From NCBI GenBank assembly GCA_963705305.1, contig OY970067.1:2688001-2752000 (forward strand): a DNA stretch of 64,000 nt. Reading direction: 5' to 3'. The position numbers and the translations under genes were made by a program. Shown here piece by piece: positions 10,004 to 19,855 of this stretch (positions are counted from its first letter, which is position 1; every line of letters starts with the position of its first letter). Source of the stretch: an uncultured Methylomirabilota bacterium (GTDB lineage Bacteria > Methylomirabilota > Methylomirabilia > Methylomirabilales > 2-02-FULL-66-22). A model generated the notes under the pieces. It did no database searches and was not told the origin of the DNA. It worked only from the letters and a program-made list of their open reading frames with translations.

Positions 10004-11710
10004 ATGAGAAAGTTTTTGTGGGCTGTGGGCGTGGCGGCGTTCGTGTTCGCCATGACCGCGCCAGCTTGGGCGATGGACTTCACATTCTTCGGGCAGACCC
10101 GCGTCCGCTTCTTCGACCTGTCCGGGGTTGGCTTCGACAGCTCCCAGACCACCAACCCGGGCAACAACCCGCGCGGCGCTGAGGTTCGGTTCCGGGCGGG
10201 CTTCCAGGCCAGTGACGACAACGGGAACGTCCAGGGCGTCCTGCGGATGCGGATTGGGAACGTGGTGTTCGGCTCGGGCGGCGGCACGCAGAACCCGAAC
10301 AACACGGCAAGCGTTGCCAACGACTCCAACGTCCTCACCTCGGGCGCCGCGGTCTCCACGACCAACTCTGGCGGCGTGTTCTCCGGGGCCCGCACCGGCT
10401 CGAGCTCGGGCGGCGGCCTGGGCACCCGGGGCGTCAACGAAGAGACGGAGTGGGCGTACCTCGACTTCAAGGTGCCGTTCATCGACCTGCCCCTTCGCCT
10501 GCGGTCCGGGCTCATCCCCTGGTACCTGCCGAAGGGCATGATCATCGACGACAACGCCGCGGGCGTGCAGGCCTACGGCAGCTCCGGGATGTTCACCTAC
10601 CGGATCGCGTGGTACCGGCTCGAGCAGGAGGCCCGGTTCGCGGGTAGTTACGTCCGGACCGCCCCGAACGGCCTTGGCTGGGCTTCCCGATACCAGGCCG
10701 GCACCATCGACGACAGTTACGACGTGTACGAGGCCAAGCTCGACGCCAAGATCGCCGACTGGCTGAACCCCGGGCTGTACTTCGACTACGGGGACAACCG
10801 GGACAACTGCGTGGCGGATCGGTCCATGGGCATAGCCAACGGCTGCCCCGGCCAGGACCGGATTCGGCCCAACTGGTTCCTGGGCTTCACCGACACGGGC
10901 AAGATCGGGATCGCCACGTACGACATTGACTTCATCTACGGCTGGGCCAAGGGCGGTATGGGCGGCGACTTCGTTCAGGGCTCCATCAACGGCACCTTGA
11001 GCGCGGCGGAGCAGAGCGCGACCGGAGCTGCCCTGTGCACGGGGACTGGCCCGGTAGGCACGACCTGCCCGAACTCTGCCACCCCGATCACCACCCGGGG
11101 TTATGCGCTTGACGCCGGCATCCACATCCCGGTGGGGCCCGTCACGTGGAGCGTCGTGGGGTCCTACGCCACGGGTGACAAGCAGAACGGCAGCACCACC
11201 AGCGACGCCTTCCCCGGCGGCTATTCGCCGGCGTGGAACGGGCCGGGTGGCGCATACCAGATCCTCGGTAACGCCGGCCCGTGGTTCGACATGATGACGA
11301 TGACCCAGTCCTCGATGACCGGCCTGTGGACGCTCGGCACCTACTTCGACTACAACCCCGTGAAGGCGATGAGCGTCCGGTTGGCCTACGCCTATGCCGG
11401 CTTCACCAGCAAGAACGCCAACTGCGCCACCTACGTGCCGGGGTCGATCGGGTGCTACGGCCCCCTCTACTTCGGCAGCGGGTTTGTCGGCAATGCGAGC
11501 GGCATTAGCATTGGTGGTGACAGCGGTACGTTCGCAAAGCAGGGATCCGGCGGTCTGGCCGGGGCAAGCGCCCTGGGGCACGATCTCGAGGTGTTGAGCA
11601 TCTACCAGCTCTACACCGGGCTCAAGATCATCGGCACCATGGCCTGGATGGTCCCCACCCACGGGGATGTGGCCGCGAAGTACGGGTTGTCGTTCCAGTA
11701 CGACTTCTAA
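10004..11710 (+). CDS. Outer-membrane beta-barrel / porin-like protein
   Basis: Signal peptide ending AWA; Gly/aromatic-rich amphipathic strands; C-terminal YGLSFQYDF beta-signal; GGAGG RBS. Confidence 0.8.
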   Translation: MRKFLWAVGVAAFVFAMTAPAWAMDFTFFGQTRVRFFDLSGVGFDSSQTTNPGNNPRGAEVRFRAGFQASDDNGNVQGVLRMRIGNVVFGSGGGTQNPNNTASVANDSNVLTSGAAVSTTNSGGVFSGARTGSSSGGGLGTRGVNEETEWAYLDFKVPFIDLPLRLRSGLIPWYLPKGMIIDDNAAGVQAYGSSGMFTYRIAWYRLEQEARFAGSYVRTAPNGLGWASRYQAGTIDDSYDVYEAKLDAKIADWLNPGLYFDYGDNRDNCVADRSMGIANGCPGQDRIRPNWFLGFTDTGKIGIATYDIDFIYGWAKGGMGGDFVQGSINGTLSAAEQSATGAALCTGTGPVGTTCPNSATPITTRGYALDAGIHIPVGPVTWSVVGSYATGDKQNGSTTSDAFPGGYSPAWNGPGGAYQILGNAGPWFDMMTMTQSSMTGLWTLGTYFDYNPVKAMSVRLAYAYAGFTSKNANCATYVPGSIGCYGPLYFGSGFVGNASGISIGGDSGTFAKQGSGGLAGASALGHDLEVLSIYQLYTGLKIIGTMAWMVPTHGDVAAKYGLSFQYDF

Positions 11711-11727
11711 GCCACAGCGTTTGACGG

Positions 11728-11761
11728 AAGCCCCAGGGGAGCGATCCCCTGGGGCTTTTTT
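11728..11761 (+). terminator. Intrinsic terminator after porin; insertion target of the group II intron
   Basis: AAGCCCCAGGGGA-GCGA-TCCCCTGGGGCTT followed by T-tract. Confidence 0.92.
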
Positions 11762-13606
11762 GTGCGCCCAGCATGGGTGCTGACTAGGAGGTGCAAGTCC
11801 TCTGGGGACTTGGTCGCAGGGACCCAAGCGAACCGCAAGGTGACGCCCGCGAGGGCGGCGCTGAAGGAAGCGGGGAGCGCACCCGCGAGCCGACGAACAG
11901 GAACCGGATACGAGGCGACCTCGCCCAGGGCGAGCGGGCAAATGACCGCGAAGCTCTCGCGACCAAGGGGCGGGGCCGTAAATCCGGCGGGTGTGCGGGG
12001 ACGGCCAGCATTCTTACCTGGGGAGATCTCCGCCTTACGCCTGAAAGGGCGACGCCACCCGGTGGCGCGAGAAGTCAGCCGCGGCCATAGTAGCCCAGTC
12101 GGGCGAAGGGCCAAACGGAAGGGAGAGCGCCACGACCGTGAGCCTCCAAGACGCCACGCGCCAGATGGCCAGGCAACTGGAGCTCCCGTTCGGGGGAAGG
12201 GGTGAAACCCCGACGACCGGGCGGAGCGGCGAAGCGTCGCGGGCGGCGGGCGGCGCCGGACGCTCAGGGACCGACCACCGGATGGAGGCGGTGGTCGAGC
12301 GCGGCAACCTCCAAGCGGCGTTGAAGCGCGTGCAGCAGAATCAGGGCAGTCCGGGCGGCGACGGGATGACCGTGGACGACCTGCCCGGGCACCTGCGGGC
12401 GCACTGGCCGACCCTCAAGGCCCAGTTGCTCGCTGGGACGTACCAGCCCCAGCCGGTCAAATGGCAGCCGATCCCGAAGCCGGGCGGCGGGGTGAGGAAT
12501 CTCGGCATCCCGTGCGTGCTCGACCGGTTCATCCAGCAGGCCATCCTGCAGGTCCTGCAACCGTGGTTCGACCCAACGTTCTCCGAGCACAGCTACGGCT
12601 TCCGGCCCGGCCGCCGGGCGCACGACGCGGTGTGTGCGGCCCAGCGCTTCATCCAGGCCGGACGGCGGTGGGTGGTGGACGTGGATCTGGAGGCCTTCTT
12701 CGACCGCGTGAATCACGATGTGCTGATGGGACGGCTGGCGAAGCGGCTGGCGGACCAGCGGCTGCTCGGCCTCATCCGACGCTACCTCGAAGCCGGCATC
12801 CTGGCGGAGGGGGTGGTGATCGAACGGTACGAGGGCACGCCGCAAGGCGGGCCGCTCTCACCGTTGCTGGCCAACGTGCTCCTCGACGAGGTGGATCGGG
12901 AGTTGGAGAAGCGGGGGCACGCCTTCGCGCGCTACGCGGACGACTGCAACGTGTACGTGCGGTCCCGCCGGGCGGGGGAGGATGTCCTCCGGACGCTCCG
13001 GCGTCTGTACGCCAAGCTCCGGCTTCGGGTCAACGAAGCGAAGAGCGCCGTCGCGCGCCCGTGGGACCGCAAGTTCCTGGGCTACAGCTTCTGGGTAGCG
13101 CCGGGGCGCGAGGTCAAACGGCGGGTGGCGCCAGCGGCCCTGGCGACGCTGAAGGCGCAGGTGCGGGCGCTGACGGGTCGGACTCGCGGATGCAGCCTGA
13201 CCAGAATGGTGGCGGAGCTGCGCGGGTACCTGCTGGGCTGGAAGGCCTACTTCCGCCTCGCAGACACGCCGGGGATCTTCACGGCCCTCGACCAGTGGCT
13301 TCGACGCCGGCTGCGCATGGTCTACCTCAAACAGTGGAAGCGCGGGACGACGGTCTTCCGGGAGCTGCGGGCTCGGGGCGTATCCGAACTCGTCGCGGCC
13401 CAGGCGGCCGCTCACGCTCGCCGCTGGTGGCGGACCGCGCACCAGGGCGCCCTTCAGCTCGCCCTGCCCACACAGCACTTTGACCGGCTGGGGCTGCCAC
13501 GGCTTGCCGGTTGACCTCAACCTTCTGAACCGCCGGATACGGGCCCGTACGTCCGGTGGTGTGGGAGGGGAGTAGCAGGGGATTCCCTGCTACCCCCTAT
13601 CCCGAT
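11762..13606 (+). mobile_element. Group II intron, class C (IIC)
   Basis: 5' GTGCG immediately after terminator T-tract; domain V GAACCGCCGGATACG...GTACGTCCGGTGGT; domain VI ending CTATCCCGAT; internal RT ORF. Confidence 0.93.
12138..13514 (+). CDS. ltrA: Group II intron reverse transcriptase/maturase
   Basis: GTPQGGPLSPLLAN, RYADD, FLGY and maturase domain X; no endonuclease domain; start uncertain. Confidence 0.95.
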   Translation: MSLQDATRQMARQLELPFGGRGETPTTGRSGEASRAAGGAGRSGTDHRMEAVVERGNLQAALKRVQQNQGSPGGDGMTVDDLPGHLRAHWPTLKAQLLAGTYQPQPVKWQPIPKPGGGVRNLGIPCVLDRFIQQAILQVLQPWFDPTFSEHSYGFRPGRRAHDAVCAAQRFIQAGRRWVVDVDLEAFFDRVNHDVLMGRLAKRLADQRLLGLIRRYLEAGILAEGVVIERYEGTPQGGPLSPLLANVLLDEVDRELEKRGHAFARYADDCNVYVRSRRAGEDVLRTLRRLYAKLRLRVNEAKSAVARPWDRKFLGYSFWVAPGREVKRRVAPAALATLKAQVRALTGRTRGCSLTRMVAELRGYLLGWKAYFRLADTPGIFTALDQWLRRRLRMVYLKQWKRGTTVFRELRARGVSELVAAQAAAHARRWWRTAHQGALQLALPTQHFDRLGLPRLAG

Positions 13607-13715
13607 TGATGATCGAACCAGAGCGACTTTGTGGTTGGTGGGGACCGGTCGATGTGCTAGTCTCAAAATCGGAGGTGTCCCCGGCCGATGACACGAAGCC
13701 TGAGGGTCACTGCTC

Positions 13716-14381
13716 GTGACTGATCCCCGGCAGGTCATTGATCGGCCCCGGCTCCCTTTCAAGCTTCTGGGGGGCGGCCTGCTGATCGGCTTGGGCGCGC
13801 TTCCGGTTGTGATCATGGCCGATCACAGCCTGATGAGGCTCGTCCAAACATGGCGCTGGCCGGGCCTGCTGGAGGCGATGCAGCTTTTCACCCGGCTGGG
13901 GTACGGGGCCATTGACATCGGGGGTCTGCTGGCAATCGCGCTGATCGGGTGGTGCGAGGGCAAGGCGAGCATCCGTGCGCGGGGCCTCTGGGGAGCGGGG
14001 ACCGTGGCGGCCGCCGGCATCCTGGACCAGATCGTGAAGAACATCGCCTGCCGGGCCAGGCCGTCGGCACCCGGCGGCGGGCTGTTCTTTGCGACGTTTC
14101 CGTGTTTCCCGGCGTCCTACGCCTACGCGTCGTTCCCCTCGGGGCATGCCACGACGGCCTTCGCAGCCGCGGTCATCCTGGCCGCCTGGCATCCGCGGCG
14201 GGCAGGGACTTTCCTGGGCGTGGCCGCCCTGGTCGGGCTGTCGCGGATCGTCCTGGGGGCGCATTTTCCCTCTGACGTGCTGGCGGGAGCGTTGTTGGGC
14301 AGCGGGACCGCGCTGGCGGCCTGCCGGTCTGTCCTGGCCCTGCGGGGGGCCGGGACGTCCGCCCGGGGAACCACCGGCTGA
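13716..14381 (+). CDS. PAP2 family membrane phosphatase
   Basis: KxxxxRARP, SFPSGH, SRIVLGAHFPSDV motifs. Confidence 0.9.
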   Translation: MTDPRQVIDRPRLPFKLLGGGLLIGLGALPVVIMADHSLMRLVQTWRWPGLLEAMQLFTRLGYGAIDIGGLLAIALIGWCEGKASIRARGLWGAGTVAAAGILDQIVKNIACRARPSAPGGGLFFATFPCFPASYAYASFPSGHATTAFAAAVILAAWHPRRAGTFLGVAALVGLSRIVLGAHFPSDVLAGALLGSGTALAACRSVLALRGAGTSARGTTG

Positions 14382-14412
14382 GGGCGCGGTCGCCCCCGAG
14401 GAGGTGCGGAAG

Positions 14413-14991
14413 ATGAAGCGCATGGGCACGATTCGCCTGGGATTGCTGCTCTTCCTGGTGGGCGGCCTGGCGGCCTGCGCCGGAGCCGTCGGACCCCTGC
14501 CGCCGAACGCGGAGCAGTTCCCGTACCCGCCGCCGGGGTTCGCCCATCGGGTGGCCTCCCCCGCGGTGGAGCTGTTCTGGAACTGCGCCCGGCCGGCCCC
14601 GGACACCCTGGAGGTGGCGGGGCTCGCGTTCAACCCGTGGTCGGGAGAGGACATTCAATTCCTGAAGTTCGACCTGGTGGGAGTGGATGCGAGCGGGCGC
14701 ACCGTCTCCGAGGCCACGGGGATGGCGCGGGACCTCAGTGTTGGCACCATGGACGCCACGCCCTTCCAGCTGACGCTGCAGACCGCGGGGACCGAGACCC
14801 GCTTCGACCTGTTCTACCAGTACCGCTACCAGGAGCCCGGGGATACCGGGGGCGGCGGCGAGCGCAGCTCCCTGCCGGCCGGGGCGCTCCCGGTGCGGCT
14901 CGCGGCCGCCGGGCCGCTCCTCCTGGCCCAGGTGGTGCAGCCGCTCGTGGTGCGGGATGTGTGCGCTGAGACGATGCATCGGGCGCGGTGA
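14413..14991 (+). CDS. Hypothetical lipoprotein
   Basis: Lipobox LAAC after hydrophobic stretch; fills the gap between PAP2 and ArnT genes. Confidence 0.7.
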   Translation: MKRMGTIRLGLLLFLVGGLAACAGAVGPLPPNAEQFPYPPPGFAHRVASPAVELFWNCARPAPDTLEVAGLAFNPWSGEDIQFLKFDLVGVDASGRTVSEATGMARDLSVGTMDATPFQLTLQTAGTETRFDLFYQYRYQEPGDTGGGGERSSLPAGALPVRLAAAGPLLLAQVVQPLVVRDVCAETMHRAR

Positions 14992-15000
14992 CGACGGCCC

Positions 15001-16818
15001 GTGAGCTTGCCTGCCGGCAGTCCGCCTGCCTTTTCCCGGAGAGAGGCAGCAACCTTTCTCGTGCTTCTCCTCGTGTCCGGGGTCCTCTTCTTCTTTCGGC
15101 TGGGGACCCCCGGCCTCTTCGATGCCGACGAGCCGGCCTACGCGCAGGCCACACGGGAGATGCTCCGGTCGGGGAACTGGATCACCCCCCACTTCAACGG
15201 GATTCCTCGCTTCGACAAGCCCATCCTCTTCTATTGGCTGATGGCCATCGCCTACCGCGTCTCCGGCGCGAGCGAGTTCGCCGTTCGCTTCTGGTCGGCT
15301 CTGGCCGGGGTCGCCCTGGTTCTCATGCTGGCCTGGGCGGCCCGGCGCTGGTTCGGGCCGCCGGCCGATCTGTGGACGGGCGTGGCTTTCAGCACCTCCA
15401 TGCTCACGACGCTCCTGGCCCGTGCCGCCGTCACCGACATGCTGCTCGTCCTTTTTGTGACCGGGACGATGCTGGGCGGAATCGAGGCCCTGGCGGCGCC
15501 GGAGGGCGGGGGGCGCGGCTGGGCGCGTGCCGCCTGGCTGTCGATGGCGCTGGCCGTGCTGGTCAAGGGTCCGGTGGGGATGGTCATCCCCGGAATGGCT
15601 TTCGGGGCAACCCTCTGGCTGCTGCGGGAGATCCGGCCGGGGCTGCGCCGCCTGGTCCCCTGGGAAGGCCCGGTGCTGTTCGCGGCCGTCGCCGTCCCAT
15701 GGTACACCGCGGTCTGGGCGGCCAACGGATGGAGCTTTATCCAGGGATTCATCATCAAGCATCACCTGACCCGGTTCACGGGGGTCATATCGAGCCACGC
15801 CGGCCCGCTGTGGTTCTACCTGCCGGTCCTCCTGGTGGGGTTCTTCCCGTGGTGCGCGTACCTGCCCGGCGCCCTGTGGGAGGTCTGGCGCCTGGCCCGG
15901 CGGCGCGTGGCCGGCAGGGCGGCCGACCGCCTGGTGCTCACCTGCGGCTGCTGGGCGGCGGGCGTCTTTGTGTTCTTCTCGCTGGCCGGGACCAAGCTGC
16001 CCAGCTATGTGTTCCCGGCATTCCCGGCTCTGGCGCTGCTGGTGGGGGCCTGCGGAATGTCAAATGGCAAACTGACAACGCAAAACCGGTCAGCGGAGAA
16101 AGGCGTTGACCGGTTGTCGGTTGTCAGTTTTGAGTTTTCCATTGACCGGGAGGCCTCGCCACCCGGCTGGATCGCGAGCCTGTCCCCGTGGCTGCTGGGG
16201 GTCACGGGGTTCTCGCTGGCCGCGGGGTTCGTCCTGCTGCCATTCCTTTTCGATTCGCTCAGGCCGCTGGCCCGGGGGGTCCTGGACGGTGTGCCGCCGC
16301 CCAGCGGGCCGGCCTGGGGAATCGCCGGCCTGCTCGCCGCGGGGACGGCTGCCGGCCTGGCGGTCACGGGAATCCGGCGCCGCGCCGTCCTGGCAGCGAT
16401 GATGGTCGGGCTGCTGCTGGTGGCGGAGGTTGCCGTGGCGCCGCAGGCCTATGCGATTCTGCAGGGACGCCTCCGCCAGTTCTCGGAAGAGGCCCGGCGC
16501 GCCTTGGGGCCCCGGGACTCCCTGGTGGTCTATGGACTCAACGCGCCAAGCATAGTATTCTATGCCGACCACCGGGTCGTCTCCATCGGCTCGGGCTCTC
16601 CGGAGGGAGTGGCTCGCGTGCAGGGCCTGGTGGAAAGCGGCCGGCGGGTGATGGTGATCGGCCGCGCTGCGGAAGCCCGCGAGCTGGATCGGGTTCCGGG
16701 GTTGTTCCGGTGGGAGGTTGCGGGCGGGTATGCCTTGTATGCCTCCTGGCCCCGAGGGGAGGGGGATAGCGCGGGACCGGGTCGCCGGCGAATCTCCAGA
16801 GGCAGCGGGTTCGGATGA
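15001..16818 (+). CDS. ArnT/PMT family (GT83) membrane glycosyltransferase
   Basis: DADEPAY, FDKPIL, VLVKGPVG, TKLPSY motifs; multiple TM helices. Confidence 0.9.
   Translation: MSLPAGSPPAFSRREAATFLVLLLVSGVLFFFRLGTPGLFDADEPAYAQATREMLRSGNWITPHFNGIPRFDKPILFYWLMAIAYRVSGASEFAVRFWSALAGVALVLMLAWAARRWFGPPADLWTGVAFSTSMLTTLLARAAVTDMLLVLFVTGTMLGGIEALAAPEGGGRGWARAAWLSMALAVLVKGPVGMVIPGMAFGATLWLLREIRPGLRRLVPWEGPVLFAAVAVPWYTAVWAANGWSFIQGFIIKHHLTRFTGVISSHAGPLWFYLPVLLVGFFPWCAYLPGALWEVWRLARRRVAGRAADRLVLTCGCWAAGVFVFFSLAGTKLPSYVFPAFPALALLVGACGMSNGKLTTQNRSAEKGVDRLSVVSFEFSIDREASPPGWIASLSPWLLGVTGFSLAAGFVLLPFLFDSLRPLARGVLDGVPPPSGPAWGIAGLLAAGTAAGLAVTGIRRRAVLAAMMVGLLLVAEVAVAPQAYAILQGRLRQFSEEARRALGPRDSLVVYGLNAPSIVFYADHRVVSIGSGSPEGVARVQGLVESGRRVMVIGRAAEARELDRVPGLFRWEVAGGYALYASWPRGEGDSAGPGRRRISRGSGFG
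16057..16146. repeat. Heptad palindromic element, copy 4, in frame inside the ArnT-family gene
   Basis: gtcaaatggcaaactgacaacgcaaaaccggtca ... tgaccggttgtcggttgtcagttttgagttttccattgac; AT-richer than surrounding CDS. Confidence 0.8.
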
Positions 16819-17804
16819 AACAGCTGGAACGCTACAACGGATTGTTTGATGTCGTTGCCGCCGAGTTGCAAGCGGTCGAGAATCGCTTGTTGGCCCCCGT
16901 CCAGGAGGGGTCGGTTCTCTTGTCCGTGGTGGCGAGGTACGCGCTGGCCTCGGGCGGGAAACGGATCCGTCCGGCCCTCCTGCTGCTGGCGGCCCGGGCC
17001 TGCGGCGGCGATCGGCAAGATCGCCTGGTCACCCTGGCCTCGGTGGTCGAGGTCATGCACGCGGCCAGCCTGATCCACGACGACATCGTGGATCACGCCG
17101 ACATACGTCGCGGCCGGCCATCTGCCGCCGCGCGCTGGGGATCGGATGTCTCCGTCCTGGTGGGGGACTTCCTCTACTCGCAAGCGATCCAGACCTTGGT
17201 GGCGGACCAGGACCTCCGGGTGCTGCGGGCCTTTGCGGACGCCGCGGTGTCCATGAGCGAGGCGGAGATCCTCCAGCTCCAGTTCCTGCACGACCTCAAG
17301 ATCGGCGAGGAGGAGTACCTCAAGATCGTGACCGGCAAGACGGCGGCCCTCATGTCCGCCGCCTGCCGCGCCGGGGCGCTGGCCGCGGGAGCTCCGGAGC
17401 GGATGGTGGACGCCCTGGGAGCCTTCGGGTTGAATCTCGGCATCGGATTCCAGCTGGTGGACGACGCCCTGGACTACAGCGCCCGGGAAGAGCGGCTCGG
17501 CAAGCCGGTGGGCAGCGACTTCCGGGAAGGCAAGATCACCTACCCGGTGATTCACCTGCTGCGGGTCGCGGCTGCGGAGGATCGGACGACGGTGGAGCGC
17601 CTGGCTGGACAGGAAAGCCTGGCGGACACCGACCTAGCCATCTTGCGCCTCCTGGTAGAGCAGTATCAAGCCGTGCCGGCCACGATGCGTCTGGTGGAGG
17701 ATTACCTGATGCGCGCCCGGAAGCAGCTCGCACTGGTGCCGGACTCTCCCGCCCGCCTCGCCCTGCGCCGGCTGGCGGATTTTGTTCGCGAGCGCGATTG
17801 GTGA
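16815..17804 (+). CDS. Polyprenyl diphosphate synthase
   Basis: GGKRIRP, LIHDDIVD, FQLVDDALD motifs. Confidence 0.95.
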   Translation: MKQLERYNGLFDVVAAELQAVENRLLAPVQEGSVLLSVVARYALASGGKRIRPALLLLAARACGGDRQDRLVTLASVVEVMHAASLIHDDIVDHADIRRGRPSAAARWGSDVSVLVGDFLYSQAIQTLVADQDLRVLRAFADAAVSMSEAEILQLQFLHDLKIGEEEYLKIVTGKTAALMSAACRAGALAAGAPERMVDALGAFGLNLGIGFQLVDDALDYSAREERLGKPVGSDFREGKITYPVIHLLRVAAAEDRTTVERLAGQESLADTDLAILRLLVEQYQAVPATMRLVEDYLMRARKQLALVPDSPARLALRRLADFVRERDW

Positions 17805-17814
17805 GCAGCCAACG

Positions 17815-17956
17815 GGGGTTCGACGTTCACGGTTCGACGTGCTGCGGTGGGAAAGGTTCCAGAGCGGACCTCCGCCACCAGGCCTGGCCGCCCAACCTCG
17901 GGCTTTGAACCTGTAACCGAGAACCTCGAACCTTGAACAGTCAACCTCGAACCCCC
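17815..17956. repeat. Second heptad-periodic inverted repeat (GGTTCGA / TCGAACC units)
   Basis: ggttcgacgttcacggttcga ... gaacctgtaaccgagaacctcgaaccttgaacagtcaacctcgaacc. Confidence 0.65.
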
Positions 17957-17959
17957 TCA

Positions 17960-19756
17960 ATGGATCATATCCGCAACTTCTCCATCATTGCCCACATCGA
18001 CCACGGAAAGTCAACCCTGGCGGATCGAATTTTGGAGCAGACCGGTGCGCTTACCAGCCGCGAGATGTCCGAGCAGGTGCTGGACAGCATGGACCTGGAG
18101 CGGGAGCGCGGGATCACCATCAAGGCCAAGGCGGTCCGGCTGACCTATCGGGCGGCGGACGGCCGGAACTATCTCCTCAACCTCATCGACACGCCGGGCC
18201 ATGTGGACTTCACCTACGAGGTATCCCGCAGCCTCTCGGCCTGCGAGGGGGCGGTGTTGGTCGTGGATGCGGTCCAGGGGGTCGAGGCCCAGACGCTGGC
18301 CAATGCGCATCTGGCCATGCGCAACAACCTGGCCATCGTTCCGGTCATCAACAAGATCGATCTCCCCAGCGCGGACGTGGATCGGGTGCGGCAGCAGCTG
18401 GAGGACATCCTGGCCCTGGACGGCAGCGGGGCCGTTTCCGCCAGCGCCAAGCACGGCTGGGGGACGTCCGAGATCCTGGAGGCCATCGTGGCGGGCATTC
18501 CCGCGCCGAAGGGCTCACCCGACGGCCCGCTCAAGGCCCTGATCTTCGACTCCTGGTACGACAGCTATCAGGGAGTGATCGTCTATGTCCGCCTCTATGA
18601 CGGGCGGGTGGGCGCGGGGACCCGGATCCAGCTCATGTCCTCGGGGGCCGTGTTCGAGGTGAGCCAGGTGGGCGTCTTCACCCCCGGCATGCGGCCGGTG
18701 GAATGCCTGCAGGCCGGCGAGGTCGGCTACATCATCGCCGGCATCCGAGATGTGCGACAGAGCCGGGTGGGGGACACCATCACCGAGACAGAGCGGCCCA
18801 CCGCAGAGGCGCTGCCGGGCTTCCGGGACGTCCGGCCCATGGTCTTCGCCGGCCTCTATCCCACGGTCAGCCAGGACTATCTGAACCTCAAGGGGGCGCT
18901 GGAGAAGCTCCAGTTGAACGACGCCGCGTTCTCCTTCACCCCCGAGACCTCGCTGGCGCTGGGCTTCGGGTTCCGCTGCGGGTTCCTCGGCCTGCTGCAC
19001 CTGGAAATCGTCCAGGAGCGACTGGAGCGCGAGTTCGACCTGACGCTGCTGATGACCGCCCCCACCGTGGTGTACCGGGTGACCCGGACAAACGGCACGG
19101 TGGCGGAGATGGAGAATCCGAGCCAGCTGCCGCCTCCGCAGGAGATCGCCCGCATCGAGGAGCCGTTCATCACGGCCTCCATCCTGGCGCCGGTGGAGTA
19201 CGTGGGGCCGATCCTGGCGCTGTGCCAGGAAAAACGCGGGGTGCATCGAGGGATCGAGTATCTCCAGGACTCCCGCGTCCTCATCGCCTACGAGCTGCCG
19301 CTGAACGAGATCGTTCTTGATTTCTACGACCGCCTCAAGTCGGTCAGCCGGGGCTACGCCTCCCTCGACTACGATTTTCTGGACTACCGCGAGAGCCCCT
19401 TGGTGAAGCTGGACCTTTTGGTGAACGGGGAGGCGGTGGATGCCCTGTCCTGCATCGTGAACCGCGACCAGGCCCAGGCGCGGGGCCGCCTGCTGGCAGA
19501 AAAGATGCGGGAGCTCATCCCACGCCAGCTCTTTGAGGTGGTGATCCAGGCGGCCATCGGGAGCAAGGTGATCGCCCGCGAGCGCATCCCGCCTCTGCGC
19601 AAGGCCGTTACCGCCAAGTGCTACGGGGGAGACATCACCCGGAAGCGGAAGCTCTTGGAGAAGCAGGCGGAGGGCAAGCGCCGCATGAAGCAGGTGGGCC
19701 GGGTGGAGATCCCCCAGGAGGCCTTCATGGCGCTGCTCACGGTGGGTCAAGGCTGA
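17960..19756 (+). CDS. lepA: Elongation factor 4
   Basis: [37 protein letters not shown]. Confidence 0.98.
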   Translation: MDHIRNFSIIAHIDHGKSTLADRILEQTGALTSREMSEQVLDSMDLERERGITIKAKAVRLTYRAADGRNYLLNLIDTPGHVDFTYEVSRSLSACEGAVLVVDAVQGVEAQTLANAHLAMRNNLAIVPVINKIDLPSADVDRVRQQLEDILALDGSGAVSASAKHGWGTSEILEAIVAGIPAPKGSPDGPLKALIFDSWYDSYQGVIVYVRLYDGRVGAGTRIQLMSSGAVFEVSQVGVFTPGMRPVECLQAGEVGYIIAGIRDVRQSRVGDTITETERPTAEALPGFRDVRPMVFAGLYPTVSQDYLNLKGALEKLQLNDAAFSFTPETSLALGFGFRCGFLGLLHLEIVQERLEREFDLTLLMTAPTVVYRVTRTNGTVAEMENPSQLPPPQEIARIEEPFITASILAPVEYVGPILALCQEKRGVHRGIEYLQDSRVLIAYELPLNEIVLDFYDRLKSVSRGYASLDYDFLDYRESPLVKLDLLVNGEAVDALSCIVNRDQAQARGRLLAEKMRELIPRQLFEVVIQAAIGSKVIARERIPPLRKAVTAKCYGGDITRKRKLLEKQAEGKRRMKQVGRVEIPQEAFMALLTVGQG

Positions 19757-19812
19757 ATTTCACATGGCAAACCGACCACCGACATCCGGTCAATGGCCGG
19801 AGATGGCCGGTG
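19756..19812. repeat. Degenerate heptad palindromic element, copy 5
   Basis: aatttcacatggcaaaccgaccaccgacatccggtcaatggccgg. Confidence 0.5.
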
Positions 19813-19855
19813 GTTCCGCCCCAGGCGGATGCGGTGTGGGTGTCCACTTGTGCGG

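Noticed and set aside
12138..13514. RT as a retron, DGR or defence RT
   Set aside because: Group II intron boundaries, domains V/VI and the maturase domain are all present.
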